Under the pieces are notes generated by a model that saw only the letters and a program-made list of their open reading frames with translations, was not told the DNA's origin and did no database searches. A program made the position numbers and the translations under genes. Source: an uncultured delta proteobacterium (lineage in GTDB: Bacteria; Myxococcota; UBA727; VGSZ01). Taken from it: DNA of 64,000 nt. The DNA lies in assembly GCA_963775425.1 (NCBI GenBank), contig CAVZJB010000003.1, forward strand, positions 640,001-704,000. The letters run 5' to 3'. Below, one piece after another: positions 18,691 to 31,313 of the stretch. Each line of letters starts with the position of its first letter. Positions within the stretch are counted from its first letter, which is position 1.

Positions 18691-18814
18691 GGGAGTCGGG
18701 GAACAGCGCCTCGACCAGGGCGTCGATCTCGGCTTCGTCGACGATGTCCTCGAAGAGGTCCTCTTCGGCCTCGGTGAACACCTTGGCGGCCGTCGGGAGC
18801 AGCGATGCGTTCAT
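18668..18814 (-). CDS. 48-aa acidic small protein (MNASLLPTAAKVFTEAEEDLFEDIVDEAEIDALVEALFPDSLTKGPPA)
   Basis: AGGAGG RBS 5 nt before ATG; mostly GC3-biased codons; too short for the ORF track. Confidence 0.5.
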   Translation of the reverse strand: MNASLLPTAAKVFTEAEEDLFEDIVDEAEIDALVEALFPDSLTKGPPA

Positions 18815-19050
18815 GGGTGCCTCCTGGCGCCACTTTGCGCCCGCAGGATCCCCGTCTCCAGTTTTTGGCCGCCCGGTGGCTGTCTCGGGGACCCGCGGCA
18901 GACGCGGTTGACGTGGTCGACACGGATGGTAGGACGGTGTGCGAGTGCGCTGCCGCGCTCACCAGCACCACACGTCCACGACGTCGGCGCTGGGGTCCCG
19001 CGCCGCTTTCTGCGGTTCGGGGGACCCCGCGGCAGCCGGGAGCGTGTGCC

Positions 19051-19566
19051 GTGGAGCTCGAGCCGTTTCTCGTGCCGTTCGAAGGTCAGAGCGAGGCTCT
19101 GCGCGAGGTGATCGAGCCCGCGCTGGCCGCCGTCGGCCTCGAGCTCGTGCAGCTCCACTTCGTCCGCGGCGCGCACAAGGACACGCTCCGGCTCTTCGTC
19201 GATCGCAAAAGCGGGGGCGTCTCCGTCTCCGAGCTCGAGAAGGCCAACCGCCTCTTGAGCGACCTCCTCGACGTCGAGGATCAGGAGCAGCACCTGTTCC
19301 CGCACGCCTACGACCTCGAGGTGGGCAGCCCGGGCCTCGATCGCCCGCTCACCAAGCGCAGCCACTTCCAGCGCTGCGTCGGCCAGCGCGTGCGCGTGAA
19401 GACCCGCGTGGCGCTCGAGGGCGCGCGCTCCTTCACCGGTGAGATCAAGGCCGTCGACGACGCCGCCCTCGAGGTCGACGGCCACCGCATCCCGTACGAA
19501 GAGATTCAGAGCGCGCACGTCGTCTACGTGTTCGAGACCCCGAAGAAACCCGGAAAGAAGCGATGA
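19051..19566 (+). CDS. rimP: Ribosome maturation factor RimP
   Basis: [20 protein letters not shown]; first gene of the nusA-infB operon; start approximate. Confidence 0.93.
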   Translation: MELEPFLVPFEGQSEALREVIEPALAAVGLELVQLHFVRGAHKDTLRLFVDRKSGGVSVSELEKANRLLSDLLDVEDQEQHLFPHAYDLEVGSPGLDRPLTKRSHFQRCVGQRVRVKTRVALEGARSFTGEIKAVDDAALEVDGHRIPYEEIQSAHVVYVFETPKKPGKKR

Positions 19567-19589
19567 CCACAGCCACAAGGAGCGTCGGA

Positions 19590-21269
<1,680 letters not shown>

Positions 21270-21308
21270 CCGGCGCTGCCGGCGGCACGCGACGACGAGG
21301 AGGACGGC

Positions 21309-21950
21309 GTGAGCCGGAAGAAGCAGGGTGGCGGCAAGCGGCGGAAGGCGCTCGATCACGACGAGCCCTTTCGCATGTGCGTCGCCTGCCGGGCGTCGCG
21401 CCCGCGCGAGGAGATGCTCCGCTTCGCCCGCGCCCCCGACGGCGGCGTCGGCTTCGACGTGCGCGCGCGGCTGCCCGGGCGCGGCGCGTGGACCTGCGCC
21501 GATCCCGCGTGCGTGGAGAAGGCCATCTTCAAGGGCGGCTTCGCGCGGGCGTTCGAGGCGCCCGTCCTCGTGGCGGACGCCGCCGCCTTCGTCGCCGGGG
21601 TGCGCGCCGTGTTGGAGGCCGAGGCCCTCGCGGGCCTCGGGCTCCTGCGCAAGGCGGGCGCGCTGTCGGCGGGCCGTGACGAGGTGGCGCGCGCCGTCGG
21701 CGCCGGCGGCGTCAGCGCGCTCGTCCTCGCGCGCGACCTGTCCGCGCGCAGCCGCGCCGAGGTCACCCGGGAGGGCGTGACGACGGTGGCGGGGCCCGAC
21801 CAGGCGGGCATCGGCCGCGCAGTGGGCAGGAAGCCGACGGGCGTGCTCGCGGTTCACGGGGGGCCCCGCAGCGAGCGGCTCCTCTCCGACCTGAAAAAGC
21901 TCGAAAAGTTCACGACAACGCCGCTTGCCGAAGCGGTTGGGGAAGCCTAG
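21309..21950 (+). CDS. YlxR (DUF448)-L7Ae fusion protein
   Basis: RMCVACR and GRGAWTC...C (YlxR), then LGLLRKAG...LVLARDLS (L7Ae/YlxQ); lies between nusA and infB. Confidence 0.85.
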   Translation: MSRKKQGGGKRRKALDHDEPFRMCVACRASRPREEMLRFARAPDGGVGFDVRARLPGRGAWTCADPACVEKAIFKGGFARAFEAPVLVADAAAFVAGVRAVLEAEALAGLGLLRKAGALSAGRDEVARAVGAGGVSALVLARDLSARSRAEVTREGVTTVAGPDQAGIGRAVGRKPTGVLAVHGGPRSERLLSDLKKLEKFTTTPLAEAVGEA

Positions 21951-21985
21951 AACACCCGACGTCTTCGACGTGGGAGTGTGTCTGG

Positions 21986-24685
21986 ATGGGGAAGCTGCGC
22001 GTACATGAGCTGGCCAAGAAGCTCGGCCTGTCGAACCAGGAGCTGCTCGACAAGCTCAACAAGGCCGGCATGGCCGTGAAGACCCACTCGTCCACCGTCG
22101 ACGAGCAGGAGGCGATGAAGGCCCTCGGCGCTGACAAGCCGAAGACGCCTCCGCCGGAGACGCGCCCGCGCACCATGGTGCGTCGAGGCACGCCGCCGAC
22201 GCCGCCTGCGCCGGAGCCCGCTCCCGAGCCGGCTGCGGCCGAGCCGGCGCCTGCCGCCGCGGCCACGCCCGCCCCCGAGCCCGTCGCCGCGTCCGCTCCC
22301 GCCGCGTCCGCTGTCGTCGAGGCGGCCCCGGCCCCGGCGACGACCACGGCCGCTGCCACGGCCACGGCGACGGCCGCCGCCGCCCCGGCCCCGGCCCCGG
22401 CGAGCGCCACCGCGCAGCCCGCCGCCGACAAGGAGCCCGCCGCCGCGTCCCCGGCCGCGGCCACCCCGGCGGAGGCCGCGCCGGCCCCGAAGGGGGCGCC
22501 CGCCGCGCCCACCAACGTCGTGCGCGTCATCGACGCCGACGCGATCAAGGCGCGCCTCGCCGCCGAGAACCGCACCTTCGAGGTGCGCAAGCCCGGCGGC
22601 ATGCGTCCCGGCACCCGCGGGCCCATCCGCGAGATCCGTGTGATGAACGATCGCTTCGGCGGCGCGCCCACCATGGTGGATGTGTCGGCGGGCGCCGCTC
22701 GCCCGGGCGCGCGCAAGGACGGCCCCGACGATCGCGGCCGCCGCTCCCCCGGCGACCGCGGCGGCGGGCGCGACCTCTGGCTGAACCCCGGCAAGAAGCG
22801 CAAGTCGGGCAAGAAGGGCAAGGGCCCCGAGATCACGCAGGCGGCGCAGCACAAGCGCGTCGTGGAGATGGACGGTCTCATCTCGGTTGCGGACCTCGCG
22901 CACCAGATGGCCATCAAGAGCGGCCAGGTCATCCAGAAGCTGTTCTCGATGGGAATGATGGTCACCGTGAACCAGACCATCGACTTCGACACTGCGTCCA
23001 TCGTGGCGCAGGAGTTCGGCTTCGAGGTGAAGAACGTCGCGTTCGCGGAGACGGACCTCCTCGAGACGCAGGAGACCAAGGACGCCGGCGAGAAGCTCGA
23101 GGCGCGCGCGCCCGTCGTCACCGTCATGGGCCACGTCGACCACGGCAAGACGTCGCTGCTCGACGCCATCCGCGGCTCCGACGTCGTCGCGGGCGAGGCC
23201 GGCGGCATCACGCAGCACATCGGCGCCTACGCGGTGGAGACGCCCAAGGGCACCGTCACCTTCCTCGACACCCCCGGCCACGCCGCGTTCACCGCCATGC
23301 GCGCGCGCGGCGCCCAGGTCACGGACTTCGTCATCCTCGTCGTCGCCGCCGACGACGGCGTCATGCCTCAGACCATCGAGGCCATCCAGCACGCCAAGGC
23401 CGCCAAGGTCCCGATCATCGTGGCCATCAACAAGGCGGACAAGCCCGAGGCCAAGCCCGAGCGCGTCATGCAGCAGCTCACCGAGCACGGCCTCGTGCCC
23501 GAGGAGTGGGGCGGCGACGTGATGATGATCCCGGTGTCGGCGCGCAAGAACATGAACATCGACAAGCTCCTCGAGGCCACGCTGTTGCAGGCCGAGGTCG
23601 CCGAGCTCCGCGCGAGCCGGGACCGCCGCGCAGAGGGCACCATCATCGAGGCAGAGCTCGACAAGGGCCGCGGCCCCGTGGCCACCATCCTCGTGCAGAA
23701 CGGCACGCTCAACACCGGTGACTTCATCGTCGCCGGCGAGCACGCGGGCAAGGTGCGCGCGATGATGGATTCGCGCGGCGAGACGGTCACCGAGGCCGGG
23801 CCCTCCACCCCGGTTCAGGTGCTCGGCCTCAGCGGCGTGCCCTCCGCGGGTGACAAGCTCAACGCCGTCGCCGACGAAAAGACGGCGCGCACCGTGGCGG
23901 AGCACCGCCAGCAGAAGGCCCGCGAGGAGGCGCTCAAGCGCCAGAACTCGCCCATGTCCAACCTGCTCGACTTCATCGGTACCAAGGCGACCAACGAGGA
24001 GCACCACGAGCTCAACGTCATCGTCAAGGCCGACGTGGGCGGCTCGGCGGAGGCCATCTCGCAGCAGCTCGAGCGCCAGAGCACGAAGAAGGTGAAGGTC
24101 AACGTCGTGTCCTCGGGCGTCGGCACCATCACCGAGAGCGACGTCAACCTCGCGCTCACCTCCAAGGCCCTGGTCATCGGCTTCAACTCGAAGCCGGACC
24201 CCAAGGCCGCGGCGGTGGCGCAGCACGAGCGCGTCGAGATCCGCACCTTCAACATCATCTACGACGTCATCGACGACGTGAAGAAGGCCATGGCGCGCCT
24301 CCTCGCGCCCAAGATCGAGGAGAAGTACCTCGGCAAGGCGGAGGTGCGGCAGCTCTTCAACGTGCCCAAGCTCGGCGTCATCGCGGGCTCCTACGTCACC
24401 GACGGCAAGCTCGTCCGCACCGAGCGCGTCCGCGTGAAGCGCGCGACCCAGACGGTGTTCGAGGGCTCGCTCGCGTCGCTCAAGCGCTTCAAGGACGACG
24501 TCCGCGAAGTCGCTTCGGGCTACGAGTGCGGCATCGGCTTCGTGGGCTTCTCGGAGCTGCAGCCCGGCGACGTCGTGGAGTGCTTCGAGCTCGTGGAGGT
24601 CGCCGCCGACCTCGGCGAGTCGATCGCCGACGCCGAAAAGAGCGCCGCCGGGCAGAGCACGCCGTCCGCGGGCGCGCAGGCCTGA
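21986..24685 (+). CDS. infB: Translation initiation factor IF-2
   Basis: RVHELAK N-terminus, [26 protein letters not shown]. Confidence 0.99.
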   Translation: MGKLRVHELAKKLGLSNQELLDKLNKAGMAVKTHSSTVDEQEAMKALGADKPKTPPPETRPRTMVRRGTPPTPPAPEPAPEPAAAEPAPAAAATPAPEPVAASAPAASAVVEAAPAPATTTAAATATATAAAAPAPAPASATAQPAADKEPAAASPAAATPAEAAPAPKGAPAAPTNVVRVIDADAIKARLAAENRTFEVRKPGGMRPGTRGPIREIRVMNDRFGGAPTMVDVSAGAARPGARKDGPDDRGRRSPGDRGGGRDLWLNPGKKRKSGKKGKGPEITQAAQHKRVVEMDGLISVADLAHQMAIKSGQVIQKLFSMGMMVTVNQTIDFDTASIVAQEFGFEVKNVAFAETDLLETQETKDAGEKLEARAPVVTVMGHVDHGKTSLLDAIRGSDVVAGEAGGITQHIGAYAVETPKGTVTFLDTPGHAAFTAMRARGAQVTDFVILVVAADDGVMPQTIEAIQHAKAAKVPIIVAINKADKPEAKPERVMQQLTEHGLVPEEWGGDVMMIPVSARKNMNIDKLLEATLLQAEVAELRASRDRRAEGTIIEAELDKGRGPVATILVQNGTLNTGDFIVAGEHAGKVRAMMDSRGETVTEAGPSTPVQVLGLSGVPSAGDKLNAVADEKTARTVAEHRQQKAREEALKRQNSPMSNLLDFIGTKATNEEHHELNVIVKADVGGSAEAISQQLERQSTKKVKVNVVSSGVGTITESDVNLALTSKALVIGFNSKPDPKAAAVAQHERVEIRTFNIIYDVIDDVKKAMARLLAPKIEEKYLGKAEVRQLFNVPKLGVIAGSYVTDGKLVRTERVRVKRATQTVFEGSLASLKRFKDDVREVASGYECGIGFVGFSELQPGDVVECFELVEVAADLGESIADAEKSAAGQSTPSAGAQA

Positions 24686-24710
24686 GCGAGCGCTCCGCGC
24701 GCTCACCCAG

Positions 24711-25004
24711 GTGCTCGCCGTGATCGTCGCGACGCTCGAGCTCACGCTCACGTTCTATGCGGAGTCGCTGAAGGACAAGCGCAGCGTCGTGCGGCGCGTG
24801 CTCGCGCGCGTTCGCAACGAGTTCAACGTGTCCGCCGCCGAGGTCGACGAGCTCGACACCGTCGGCGGCGCCGTCCTGGGCTTCGCCTCGGTGGGCGCGG
24901 ACAAGCGCTATCTGGAAGGCCAGCTCACGGCGCTGGAGAGCTTCGTGGAGCGCCTGGAGCTCGCCGAGATCACGGACGCCCACCGCGACATCGTGCACGT
25001 TTGA
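24711..25004 (+). CDS. DUF503 (YlxP) family protein
   Basis: SLKDKRSVV...FNVSAAEVD; canonical position between infB and rbfA. Confidence 0.9.
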   Translation: MLAVIVATLELTLTFYAESLKDKRSVVRRVLARVRNEFNVSAAEVDELDTVGGAVLGFASVGADKRYLEGQLTALESFVERLELAEITDAHRDIVHV

Positions 25005-25044
25005 CCTCGTCGACAGGCCGCTCGCGCTGCCCTAGACCGATGAC

Positions 25045-25401
25045 ATGTCGATCCGGACCGAGCGCGTAGGCGAGGAGATCAAGAAGGTGCTGTCGACGCG
25101 CATCCTGCGCGGGCTGCGGGACCCTTTGCCGGGGTTCGTCACGATCTCCCACGTCGACGTCACAAGCGACTTCACCCAGGCCAAGGTGTGGGTCAGCGTC
25201 ATCGGCACCGATGACGAAAAGAAGGGCGCGCTCGCCGTGCTGACGGACAACCGCGGCGCGCTCCGCAAGGAGGTCGGCCACAACATCCGCCTGCGCAACA
25301 CCCCCGAGCTGCGCTTCCTCCTCGACGAGGCGGGCGAGCGCGCCGCCCGCGTCTGGAAGATCCTCGAGGAGGAGAAGCAGAAGAGCGGTGGCAAGCTGTG
25401 A
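25045..25401 (+). CDS. rbfA: Ribosome-binding factor A
   Basis: [25 protein letters not shown]. Confidence 0.96.
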   Translation: MSIRTERVGEEIKKVLSTRILRGLRDPLPGFVTISHVDVTSDFTQAKVWVSVIGTDDEKKGALAVLTDNRGALRKEVGHNIRLRNTPELRFLLDEAGERAARVWKILEEEKQKSGGKL

Positions 25402-26855
25402 GCGACGCCACGCGCAAGCTGTTCGGCACCGACGGCATCCGCGGCACGGCCAACGCGTGGCCCATGACCATCGACATCGCGATGCGCCTCGGCCAGGCGC
25501 TGGCGTGGCAGGTGCGCGACAACAAGCTCGGCCGCTTCATGGGGCGCGCGCCCTCGGCGCGGCCACACCGCGGGCGCATCGTGCTCGGCAAGGACACCCG
25601 CGCCTCGGGCTACATGATCGAGCAGGCCATCGCGGCCGGCATCACCTCCGGCGGCGTCGACGTCATGCTCGTGGGGCCGCTGCCCACGCCGGGCATCGCG
25701 TTCATCGCCCAGTCCATGCGGGCGGACGCCGGCGTCGTCGTGTCGGCTTCGCACAACCCGTACGAGGACAACGGCATCAAGGTCTTCGACCACGACGGCT
25801 TCAAGCTCCCCGATGCCGCCGAGGCCGAGCTCGAGTCGCTCATCGCCGCCTTCGCGGCGCTCGGGGGCGCAACGGATTCCGCGCTCGAGCCGCACGCCGC
25901 CCTCGAGGCGCGCTTCGGGGGCCGGCGCGCCACCGGCGAGCAGGTCGGGCGCGCGGTCCGCATCGACGACGCGCGGGGGCGCTACGTCGTCGACGTGAAG
26001 TCCAGCTTCCCCAAGGACCTCACCCTCGAGGAGATGCGCATCGTCGTCGACTGCGCGCACGGCGCCGCCTACAAGAGCGCGCCCGAGGTGCTGCGCGAGC
26101 TCGGTGCCGAGGTCTTCGCGTACGGTGACAAGCCCAACGGCACCAACATCAACGCCGGCGTCGGCTCCACGCACCCCGAGCACGTGCAGCGCCTGGTCCT
26201 CGAGCACAAGGCCGACATCGGCATCGCCCTCGACGGCGACGCCGACCGCGTCATCGTCGTCGACGAGAAGGGCAACGTCGTCGACGGCGACGCCGTGATG
26301 GCGGTGTGCGCGCGGGAGCTCAAGCGGCGCGGCGAGCTCAAGGGCGACACCCTCGTCGCCACGGTGATGTCCAACATCGGGCTTGAGCGCTGCCTCAAGA
26401 GCGTGGGCGTGCAGGTCGAGCGCGTGCAGGTCGGCGACCGCTACGTCGTCGAGCGCATGCGCGAGGGCGGCTTCAACCTTGGCGGCGAGCAGTCGGGGCA
26501 CGTCATCTTCCTCGACCACACCACCACCGGCGACGGCACCGTGGCCGCCCTCTCGCTGCTGGCGGTGATGCGCCGAGAGGGGCGCCCGGTCTCCGAGATC
26601 ACGCGCTTCTTCGCGCCGTCGCCGCAGGAGCTCGTGAACGTGAAGGTCGGCCGCAAGGTTCCCCTCGACGAGCTCCCCGCGGTCACGCAGGCCATCCGGA
26701 GCGTCGAGGCGGTCCTCGGGAGCGAAGGCCGCGTTCTCGTTCGCTACTCCGGCACCGAGATGAAGGCCCGCGTCATGGTGGAGGGCCCCGACGCCGGCGC
26801 CGTCTCCACGCACGCCCGCTCCATCGCCGACGCCCTCGTCCGCGCCCTCGGCTGA
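25398..26855 (+). CDS. glmM: Phosphoglucosamine mutase
   Basis: [33 protein letters not shown]. Confidence 0.96.
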   Translation: MSDATRKLFGTDGIRGTANAWPMTIDIAMRLGQALAWQVRDNKLGRFMGRAPSARPHRGRIVLGKDTRASGYMIEQAIAAGITSGGVDVMLVGPLPTPGIAFIAQSMRADAGVVVSASHNPYEDNGIKVFDHDGFKLPDAAEAELESLIAAFAALGGATDSALEPHAALEARFGGRRATGEQVGRAVRIDDARGRYVVDVKSSFPKDLTLEEMRIVVDCAHGAAYKSAPEVLRELGAEVFAYGDKPNGTNINAGVGSTHPEHVQRLVLEHKADIGIALDGDADRVIVVDEKGNVVDGDAVMAVCARELKRRGELKGDTLVATVMSNIGLERCLKSVGVQVERVQVGDRYVVERMREGGFNLGGEQSGHVIFLDHTTTGDGTVAALSLLAVMRREGRPVSEITRFFAPSPQELVNVKVGRKVPLDELPAVTQAIRSVEAVLGSEGRVLVRYSGTEMKARVMVEGPDAGAVSTHARSIADALVRALG

Positions 26856-26952
26856 GCCACAACGGCGGCGTGGGCCCGCGAGGCCACCGTCGTCACACGC
26901 CGGGGCAATCCAGCCCGTTTACGGGAGGGAACCGAGCGGCTACCTGCCTCGT

Positions 26953-28041
26953 ATGGACGCTATGAGCACGCGCGCGGTCGTTTGTAAGCCCGCCGTGGTT
27001 CTGCCCGACAACGTCTTCACCAGGGAGATGCTCAAGGACACGGCCAGGAAGGTCCTCGAGGGGCACCCGCACCTGCCGCGCGTGCTGCGCATCATCGAGA
27101 ACACGGGCATCGAGACGCGCCACCTGGTGCGCCCCATCGAGGAGACCGTGACACCCTCGGGCTTCGGCACCCGCAACGACGTGTTCATCGCGGAGAGCAA
27201 GCGGCTCGGTGAGCGCGCGGCGCAGGAGGCGCTCGACAACGCCGGCCTCGCGGCGGGCGACATCGACCTCATCATCACCACCTCGTGCACCGGCGTGATG
27301 ATTCCGTCGCTCGACGCGCACCTCGTGGCCACCATGGACTTCTCGCCGCGCACGCGCCGGCTGCCCATCACGGAGCTCGGCTGCGCCGCGGGCACGGTGG
27401 CGATGTCGCGGGCCCGCGAGCTCATCGCCGGGGGCATCGCCAAGAACGTGCTCGTGGTGAGCCACGAGCTGTGCTCGCTCACCTACCAGCGCGAAGACCT
27501 CACCATGCAGGCGCTCGTCGGGGGCCTCCTGTTCGGCGACGGCGTGACGGCCGCCGTGATCACCGGCGACGACGGCGCGCGCACCGGGCTCCAGCTCGAC
27601 GCCAACGAGTCGTTCCTCTTCGAGGGGAGTTGGGGCTACATGGGCTTCGACATCCGCGACAGCGGCATGCACCTCATCCTCGACAAGGGCATCCCCGGCG
27701 CCGTCGAGCGGCAGATCGCGCCGGTGCTGCTCGGCTTCCTCGACGGACAGCACTTCGACAAGGACGACGTCGACTTCTTCTGCCTGCACCCCGGCGGCAA
27801 GAAGGTCATCGACGAGATCTCGCGCGTGTTCGAGCTCGACGACGAAGACACCCGCGCCAGCCGCGACTGCCTCGCCGAGGTCGGCAACCTCTCGTCCGCG
27901 TCCATCCTCGTGGTGTTGCGCAACATCTTCGAGCGCTACACCCCCAAGCCGGGCGGCCGCGGCCTCGTCGTGGGCTTCGGCCCGGGCTTCTCCGCGGAGA
28001 TGCTCCTCACGACGTGGCGGGGGCCGGCCGCCGCGGGATGA
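26953..28041 (+). CDS. Type III polyketide synthase (SrsA/BpsA-like)
   Basis: Catalytic triad Cys (LGCAAG), His (HPGG), Asn (GNLSS); LFGDG; GFGPGF. Confidence 0.95.
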   Translation: MDAMSTRAVVCKPAVVLPDNVFTREMLKDTARKVLEGHPHLPRVLRIIENTGIETRHLVRPIEETVTPSGFGTRNDVFIAESKRLGERAAQEALDNAGLAAGDIDLIITTSCTGVMIPSLDAHLVATMDFSPRTRRLPITELGCAAGTVAMSRARELIAGGIAKNVLVVSHELCSLTYQREDLTMQALVGGLLFGDGVTAAVITGDDGARTGLQLDANESFLFEGSWGYMGFDIRDSGMHLILDKGIPGAVERQIAPVLLGFLDGQHFDKDDVDFFCLHPGGKKVIDEISRVFELDDEDTRASRDCLAEVGNLSSASILVVLRNIFERYTPKPGGRGLVVGFGPGFSAEMLLTTWRGPAAAG

Positions 28042-28635
28042 TCCCCGCGGCGGACGCCGTGACGGGCGATCTCCGCGTTCCTCGCGCTCCTCGCCGTCGT
28101 CGGGGCCGCGCGCGTCGCCGAGCTCCTCGTGGCCCGGCGGCGCACGCAGGCCGCGCGTGCGCGCGGCGAGGCGCCTCAAGCGGAGCCGGTGTTCGCGTTG
28201 ATGGTGGTGCTGCACGTGCTCCCATTCGTCCTCGCGCCCGTGGAGGTCATCGCGCTCGACCGCCCGTTTCGCCCCGTGCTCTTCGCGGTGTGCGCGTTGG
28301 CGCTCGCCGGGCTCGGCGTGCTGCGCGTGTGGACGCTGCGGACGCTCGGTGCGCGCTGGAACGTGCGCATCGTGAAGCCCGACGCCGTGGTCGACGACGG
28401 CCCGTACCGCTTCATCCGTCATCCGAATTACGCGGTGGTGATCGGGGAGCTCTTCTTCCTGCCGCTGGCGCACGGCGCCTGGATCACGTGCCTCGTCGTC
28501 GGTGCGCTCAACGCCTGGGTGCTCTCCCGTCGCATCCCCGCCGAGGAGGAGGTCCTCCGTTCCCTCCCGGGCTACGCCGAGCGGATGGGAAAAAAGCCTC
28601 GGTTTCTGCCGATCCGTTGGCGTCGCAGTTTGTAA
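28038..28635 (+). CDS. Isoprenylcysteine carboxyl methyltransferase family protein (SrsB/BpsB-like), apparent frameshift near 28060-28066
   Basis: GPYRFIRHPNY and RIPAEE motifs. The ATG overlapping the PKS stop is one base out of frame with the body. Confidence 0.85.
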
Positions 28636-28871
28636 AAAGTTCGCGCCCGCTCGCACGAAAATGCAGTCCACGATGCCGCACGGCGCCATGGACCAAGCCG
28701 CGGTCGCGGGCGCGCACGGACCCAACCATGCGTCGACGCAAATTCGTCGTCGAGGTTGCAGTTCTTGCACAATCGTTCCCTCCTCCTGCGCTTGCCGCGT
28801 GGAGTGGACGCGCGCATACAGTCGAATCATCAAGCACGTCGTTGAAGGCGTGGAGCAAGGGGAAGTGATTC

Positions 28872-29513
28872 ATGGTGGTTTCCATTGCCAACAACAGCGG
28901 CCTCTCTACCCGAGCGCGGGGAGCGGCCACGCAGACCCGCATCCTCGAGAAGGCGGTCCACATCGCCTCCATCGAGGGGCTCGAGTCGATGAGCCTGGCG
29001 ACCCTCGCCAAGGCTACGTCGATGTCCAAGAGCGGTCTCTTCGCGCACTTCCGCAGCAAGGAGGCCTTGCAGATCGCGATCATCGACGAGGCGGAGCGCA
29101 TCTTCTCCGACGTCGTCGTGCGGCCGGCGCTTCAGGTGCAAAACGGCATCGAACGCGTCACGCGCCTCGTCGAGGGCTATGTCGAGTACTGCGCCCGCGG
29201 ACCGTTCCAGGGCGGCTGTTTCTTCGCGGCCGCTGCGCACGAGTTCGACGGGCGCCCGGGCCCGGTGCGCGATCGGGTCATCGGCTACTACGACACCTGG
29301 CACCGCCAGGTGCGGACCACCCTGCAGGAAGCCGCCCAGCGCGGCGACCTGCGCGAGGGGCTCGACGTCGACAGCTTCATCTTCGAGATGCAGGGCATCG
29401 GCCTGTCGGCGAACCTCGCCGCGCAGATCGGTTCCGGCGTCGAGCGCGCTCGCGAGGAAGGGCTCGCCGCCGCCCACGCGTTGGTGGAGCGCTCGTCGAA
29501 CTCGCGCAATTGA
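28872..29513 (+). CDS. TetR/AcrR-family transcriptional regulator
   Basis: HTH MSKSGLFAHFRSKEAL; GGCFF C-terminal motif. Confidence 0.95.
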   Translation: MVVSIANNSGLSTRARGAATQTRILEKAVHIASIEGLESMSLATLAKATSMSKSGLFAHFRSKEALQIAIIDEAERIFSDVVVRPALQVQNGIERVTRLVEGYVEYCARGPFQGGCFFAAAAHEFDGRPGPVRDRVIGYYDTWHRQVRTTLQEAAQRGDLREGLDVDSFIFEMQGIGLSANLAAQIGSGVERAREEGLAAAHALVERSSNSRN

Positions 29514-29541
29514 GTTGTGCGGCGTCGCCTTGCGGCGCCAC

Positions 29542-29614
29542 GACATTCCCGGCGGGGCCCCGCTGTCGATGAGACGACGGAGTGCCCCGCCGCGATTGTC
29601 TGCGCCGCGCGCCT
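29542..29614. repeat. REP-like imperfect palindrome, copy A
   Basis: GACATTCCCGGCGGGG...GTGCCCCGCCGCGATTGTC; related copy at 38858-38931. Confidence 0.7.
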
Positions 29615-29616
29615 GC

Positions 29617-30110
29617 TTCACTCTCAGAGTGATCTGGCCCGATGGACGAGCCACCCGGAAGGGGACGGTGCTACGGCCACACGGCGGAGCGGAAAGGAGC
29701 TCCGGCGGTGGCGACGTTGTCTAGCCTTCGCTGATTCCGAGCGCCCAAGCACTCGCAACTCACCGAGATTTGCGGCCCAGCTTGGCGTCGACACGCTCTA
29801 CGTACGGGGGCTAGCGAAGGTCGCCCTGATGGCAGCCGTGGCCTTCAACCTGCTGCAGAACCTCGCGAAGCTCACCGCCTGAAGTCCGCGCCGACGTCGC
29901 ATCGAGGCACGTCGGCGCGCACACGACCCGCACGAACCCGCCACGTGCGCTGATAGCGGGATCACAACACCGCTCGGACCCGCCGTTTCCTCACAACCTG
30001 CAGCGGTTCTTGCTCGCCGACGTGCCTCGCCACGTACTCCGCGCGGCGAGCCACCTTGTGGGCGGCTTCGCCGAGTGCTGCTACGAGCCTTTTTTTTCGT
30101 CAGCCTTTCA
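29617..30110 (+). mobile_element. Internally deleted IS1182-family element, copy 2 (retains only the transposase C-terminal tip)
   Basis: LYVRGLAKV...AVAFNLLQNLAKLTA; 5' block matches 9726-9843; 3' ~270 bp matches 38328-38595; ends TTTTCGTCAGCCTTTCA. Left boundary approximate. Confidence 0.85.
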
Positions 30111-31313
30111 GGGCCGAAGCGCTCGGCTGGGCGCCGGCGTCGCGCCCACGGCGAGCTTCGCGAAGTCGAGGGCGCCGAGGCTCGCGAGCGCGCGGGTGCC
30201 GTTGTTGACCCCGAGCAGCCTCGAGAAGAGCGCAGGCTCGCGGGCGAGGCGCGCGATGGCCCGCCGCGCGAAGCGCGGATGGCGGGCGAGCTCCACGAGC
30301 CCGAACGTCAACAGCGCGTGGTCGCGAAAGGCGTTCATGCGCTCGCGACGGTAGCGCGCGCGGCTCGCGGCGAGATCCGCGCCGCCGAGCGCCCCGGCGA
30401 CGACGTCCGCACACAACACCGCCGTCTTGAGCGCCAGGCTCATGCCCTCGCCGGTGATGGCGTCGACGTAGCCGGCGGCGTCGCCGACGAGGAAGGCGCG
30501 GCCGGCCGCGGGGGCCCGCGCGCGCACCCGCAGCGGCCCACAGGCGAGCGCCGGCCCCTCGGGCGTCGCCGGCGACAGCCGGTCCGCCACCGGCGCGCAC
30601 GCCGCGATCAAGGCGTGCAGGCGATCCTCGGGCCGCCCGGCGCCGTCGTGCAGCACGCTTCGCTCGCAGAGGGCGGCCACGCCCACGACGTCGACGGCGA
30701 CGGGCGTGACGTACAGCTCGTAGCCCCGCACGACGTTCACCTCGACGCGGTCGGGCAGGGGCGTCCCCGCGGGCAGGCGAAAGTGCCGCCGCAGCGCGTA
30801 GCGCGGCCGCCGCGGCGCTCCGCCGTCGAGCCCGAGCGCGTGCCGCACGGTGGAGCGCGGCCCGTCGGCGCCGACGAGGAAGCGCCCGCGCAGCGCGCGC
30901 CCATCGGCGAGCGTCACGCCGTCGTCGAGGACGCCGACGACGCGGCCGCGCAGGAGCGTCACGCCGGGTGCCGCGGCGGCGCGCTCGCGCACCAGGGCGT
31001 CGAGCAAGCGGCGACGCACCCCGCGGCCGACGGCGCCGCCCTCGAAGTCGCCGAGCGCCGTCACGCCGTGGCAGCGGTAGAGGATGCCCTTGAACGGCTG
31101 GCCGCCGCAGGCGTCGACGACGCCGCCGAGGCCCAACGACGCCAACAGCGATACGCCGTGCGGCAGGAGCCCCTCACCGCACGGTTTGTCGCGCGGGAAC
31201 TCCGCCTTGTCGACGACGACGCTCGTCATTCCGTGCTTGGACAGAGCGAGCGCGGTAGCCGCGCCGGCGAGGCCGCCGCCCGCGATGACGACGTCGGCGT
31301 CGAGGCCGCTCAC
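30108..31313 (-). CDS. FAD-dependent oxidoreductase/hydroxylase (SrsC / geranylgeranyl-reductase-like)
   Basis: VIAGGGLAG, PRDKPCGEGL, GADG, LVGDAAGYVDAITGEG; GTGA overlap with the upstream gene. Confidence 0.9.
   Translation of the reverse strand: MSGLDADVVIAGGGLAGAATALALSKHGMTSVVVDKAEFPRDKPCGEGLLPHGVSLLASLGLGGVVDACGGQPFKGILYRCHGVTALGDFEGGAVGRGVRRRLLDALVRERAAAAPGVTLLRGRVVGVLDDGVTLADGRALRGRFLVGADGPRSTVRHALGLDGGAPRRPRYALRRHFRLPAGTPLPDRVEVNVVRGYELYVTPVAVDVVGVAALCERSVLHDGAGRPEDRLHALIAACAPVADRLSPATPEGPALACGPLRVRARAPAAGRAFLVGDAAGYVDAITGEGMSLALKTAVLCADVVAGALGGADLAASRARYRRERMNAFRDHALLTFGLVELARHPRFARRAIARLAREPALFSRLLGVNNGTRALASLGALDFAKLAVGATPAPSRALRP

Noticed and set aside
22180-22510. Pro/Ala-rich repeats in infB as a novel insertion
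   Set aside because: Low-complexity linkers are normal in IF-2 N-terminal regions
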